64,000 nucleotides of DNA from the human T2T-CHM13v2.0 reference genome, Homo sapiens. The notes beneath the pieces were generated by a model. It worked only from the letters and a program-made list of their open reading frames with translations. It did no database searches and had not been told where the DNA came from. The stretch lies in NCBI RefSeq assembly GCF_009914755.1, contig NC_060943.1; one strand, given 5' to 3'. Shown here one piece after another: positions 55,332 through 64,000 of this stretch. Numbering within the stretch: the first letter of the stretch is position 1; the number at the start of each line of letters is the position of its first letter. Position numbers and translations under genes: made by a program.

Positions 55332-55677
55332 CAGTCATGCATTGCTTAACGACAGGGACGTGTCGTTAGAAATGTGTCGTTAGGTGATTTTATGACCATA
55401 GGAACATTGTAGCGTGCACTTACACCAACCCAGATGGTACAGCCCAATACACACCCAGGATGGACGCTAGAGTCGACTGCTCCTAGGCTACAAGCCTGCA
55501 GTGCATGTTATGGTGTGAATACTGCAGGCAATCTTAACACCACGGCAAGTATTTGTGCATCTACACACATCTAAACATAGAAAAGGTACAGCATAAATAC
55601 ACTATTGTCATCTCAGCAGACCACCGTTCTATACGCAATTCGTCACTGACCCAAACGTTGCTATGTAGCATCTGCGT
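55332..55677 (-). mobile_element. Tigger3a/MER47-like TcMar DNA transposon in the CD177 3' region
   Basis: TA|CAGTCATGC..CTTAACGAC terminus, GCTCCTAGGCTACAA, ATCTAAACATAGAAAAGGTACAG. Confidence 0.8.
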
Positions 55678-55816
55678 ATCGTGGGATAATTGACATGAGG
55701 GCTTGAGAGAACTCCAGAAAAAAATGGGTTAGCATTTTCCCAGAGCTGTTATCATTGGGTCTCTCTTACCACCATAGCCCAAAAAGGGTGAGGAGAAGAG
55801 CCACTGCTGGAATCTG

Positions 55817-55912
55817 CAGACAGAGAGAGAGAGAGAGAGAGAGACATAGACAGAAAGAGACAGAGAGAGCTGGAGAGAGAGCCGGAGACAGAAAGAGAGA
55901 GATATTCAGAGA
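55817..55912. repeat. (GA)n-rich microsatellite
   Basis: Direct inspection. Confidence 0.85.
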
Positions 55913-55945
55913 GGGTTGCCTAACAAGAGCTCCCATCTCAGGCTG

Positions 55946-58290
<2,345 letters not shown>

Positions 58291-58570
58291 TGGCCTCAGA
58301 CCTGCTTGAGCCTGACCCCATGCTCAGCTGTCCCGTGGATGCTGGAGGCTGCTGTGCATGCCCCAGGTTATGGTTTGGTAGCTCAGAGAGCACCCGGCCC
58401 TGAACTTGATTGCACTTGGCCCAGGGATGAGCCAAGAGCTGCTTTCCGAATGGTCAGAGTTACCTGCAGGAGGAGGCGCGGAATTTCTCTAGAACCTCCA
58501 GCTCTGCACTGTTAATCTTTTGGAGCTTGTGAAAATCTCCATAAAATAATGCACTAGATTTGAAACATAG

Positions 58571-58988
<418 letters not shown>

Positions 58989-59202
58989 TGCTTCATTTCT
59001 TTTATAATTCTATTGTGGTTTAAATGGCCCGTTGCTTTCCTAATTTGTGGGTATTCCCTGTATCACCTATTGTTTACTTTCTACCTCTCTGATATTTACC
59101 GTATATGAATTTATCAATCCTGATTTTACTTCTTCAAAGCCAGTATGAGTTTAGTCAAGTCTGATTTCCCCGTACAGGATGAAAGGTTTTTGTGGGCGTC
59201 AA

Positions 59203-61392
59203 GCAAGAACATTGTAGGATGCTGAATAGGATCTGTATACATCTCAAGTTGTCTAGGAAGCAGGGACATTTGCTCCTTCTTATCTTGCTGGGATTTCTGT
59301 CACTAGCAGTTGGAAGGGACTCCAGTTTTAAGACAAAGGTTTACAATTTCTTTAGCACCAAGAAAAAAAGAAGCATAAAACTGGAGAGAAAAGGGTATAA
59401 TATTATGTTCAGCAAGGAATATGGAAAATATAATCTTTTGAATCTTCTGAGTTAATTAATCTGTACTCTGAGATGGGCAGAAATGAGAACCACGTCCCCA
59501 TCTCTGCAATAAATTCCCTAGGTTTGGATTTTAGCCAAGAAGTTTCTGCTTTCCTGGAGAATGTCTCTGAATTTAAACACCACACCTCAAAGCCAGAAAA
59601 GGGAAAGTTTACTTTGGGCTTTGATCCAAGTTTTCAGTGGCTGGAAACACGGTTACACTCCTGGAGACAAGGTGGCCTTGGACACCCAGGAAGAGCCCTG
59701 CTCCTGGGCACACCTGGCCCTGGAGCCAGACCACCTGGGTTTGAACCCCAGCTCCGCACCTTACCAGCAGAGCTTCCTCTCTGGAAAGTGGAGATGATCG
59801 TGATATCACTGACCTCAGACTGTGGTTGTCTCAATTAAATTAACAATCCATGTTATGAGTGTACAAGTATCGGGCACAGAGCATCGACTCAATTAATACT
59901 GATCTGTAATGAATGGGGATTCATGCCAAGTGCTGATGATGTGCATGACATTAGTGCTGACTGCTGTAAGTACTGGAAGCCGTCATGATAATGAACAGTG
60001 ACTCTCATCACAGTTCATGGGGTCCTTTGTGAAACATGAGGGGGCATTAAGCAGAAACAGCCAGCCCAGCCCTCTCCACCACCCTTGAGGTGGTGTATCT
60101 ATGCCTGGTTTACAGTGTGGAAACTGAGGCTCAGAGACGGGGACTGGATTGTGCACGGTCACCCAGTCACGAAGGCCAGGAAATGATGGATGGGATGCAG
60201 GCTGTGCGCTCAGCCACCTCCCCGTGGAGCAGTTCAGGGGCACTGGGCATCGGGTCGCCCTGAAGATGCTGCTCTTGTCTGTCTGCCTCTCTCTTTCCAC
60301 CGCACTGGGTCTCTGTTTCTGGCTCTGTCTCCTCCTCACTGTGTGTCTTTGGCTCACTTTGTGTCTTTTCATCTCTGTGTCTCCCTGTCTCTCTCTGTCT
60401 TTGTCTCCCTCTCACTTGGTCCCTTCCTTCCTTTCTTCCTTCCTTCCTTCCTTCCTTCTTTCTTTCTTTCTTTCTTTCCTTTTTCTTTCTTATTATAACA
60501 CCATTGATTTTTAATCAAGGATCCACAAGCTTGGGTCCTCTCTTGTCTCACCCTAGTCCTGCCCTGTGTCTCTCTACGGCACACCTTTTACTTCTCTGGC
60601 TCTGACTCTCTGAGTTCTCCCTCTGTCCATGCCTCTCCCCTCCCTCCATCTCTCTGTGTTAGTGTCTCTGTACCCTTTCCTCTCTGCCTCTCTCTGTATC
60701 TCCCCTCTCCACCCCCATATATCTCTGACTCTGTCTCTCTCTGGGTCTTTATCATTTTCTCTTTCTCTCTCCATCCCTGCCCCCATTCTCTCTCTGCCTT
60801 TCTCGATCTCTCTGTTTCTCACCCTCCTTCTGCCTTCCCCTAAGCCAGGGACTTCATGGCTCTGATGGCTGTCCAGCGGTGTTGCCCATTTTTATTGAAG
60901 TATCCTTCTGTCGACCCACTTGGAAAGACTTCCAAGATACACTGCACAGTGAGAAAAACAAGAAGCAGAACAGTGCACAGTGTGCCACCTCTGGCATTAC
61001 AAAGGAGGAAATGTAAAATGAATTTATAAATGGCCAATAAGCAAATAAAATTTGGTCAACATCACTTATCATTAGGAAAATGGAAATCAAAACCACAGTG
61101 AGATACCACCTTACATCTGTTCTGATGGCAGTTCTGAAAAAAAAAAAAAAAAAAAAAACAAAGTGTTGGCGAGGAGAAATTGGAATGCTTGTGCAGTGTT
61201 TGTGGGTATATAATATGGCACAACCACTGTGGTCATTTCTCAAAAAATTAATCATAGACTTACCACACGATGCAGCAATTCTACTTCTGGTGTATTCTGA
61301 AAAGAACTGAGAGCAGGGGCCCCAGCAGGTATCTGCATGTCTTTGTTCATAGCAGCATTATTCACACTAGCCAAAGGTGTAAACAAGCCAAA
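59203..61392 (+). repeat. Direct segmental duplication, copy B (pairs with 31514-34750; lacks ~32800-33550 and ~33900-34250 of copy A)
   Basis: Colinear alignment by eye. Confidence 0.92.
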
Positions 61393-61450
61393 TGATATGG
61401 CTTTCCTCTGTCCGAACACAAATCTCACGTTCAGCTGTAATTCCCAAAGG
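61393..61450 (+). mobile_element. First ~58 bp of a THE1/MST LTR, cut off at the inversion junction
   Basis: TGATATGGCTTTCCTCTGTCCGAACACAAATCTCACGTTCAGCTGTAATTCCCA resembles THE1 TGATATGGTTTGGCTGTGTCCCCACCCAAATCTCATCTTGAATTGTA. Confidence 0.65.
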
Positions 61451-61516
61451 TCGAAAATAGCCTCCTTGTCCCAGCCACCTGACCTCCCTCTGTAATGAGA
61501 TGCCGTTCCCCCGACT

Positions 61517-64000
<2,484 letters not shown>

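Overview
Human (or near-human primate) DNA from the chr19q13.31 PSG/CEACAM-LU gene cluster, identified from the sequence by a complete CD177 gene. CD177 (neutrophil HNA-2/NB1/PRV-1) lies on + at 46167-54768 with 9 exons, all introns GT-AG and phase 1, encoding 437 aa. This is an intact allele (K263, G431) carrying Pro3. The first 23 kb is a pile of nested ERVs: an HERV-IP/LTR10-type provirus containing a solo LTR2 and an Alu, LTR8, MER41, MER50, and an MST MaLR containing an LTR7(Y-like)/HERV-H provirus. This pile sits downstream of an orphan CEACAM-type promoter and leader exon (- strand, 23772-23835). After CD177 there is a large inverted repeat (55946-58290 vs 61517-64000, running out of the window), consistent with the start of the inverted CD177P1 duplicon. 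A diverged direct duplication (31.5-34.7 kb vs 59.2-61.4 kb) brackets the gene. I see no new enzymatic or prokaryote-style system. The best candidates for something undescribed are: (1) a chimeric unit of CEACAM leader, MaLR splice acceptor and LTR7 polyA, with a 42-aa smORF; (2) an MSR1 VNTR about 120 bp upstream of the CD177 TATA box; (3) gene-conversion tracts and template-switch scars in the repeats around CD177; (4) a furin-like REKR motif replacing a disulfide in CD177 LU4. Repeat subfamily names come from remembered consensus sequences and mismatch counts were done by eye, so both need computational confirmation.
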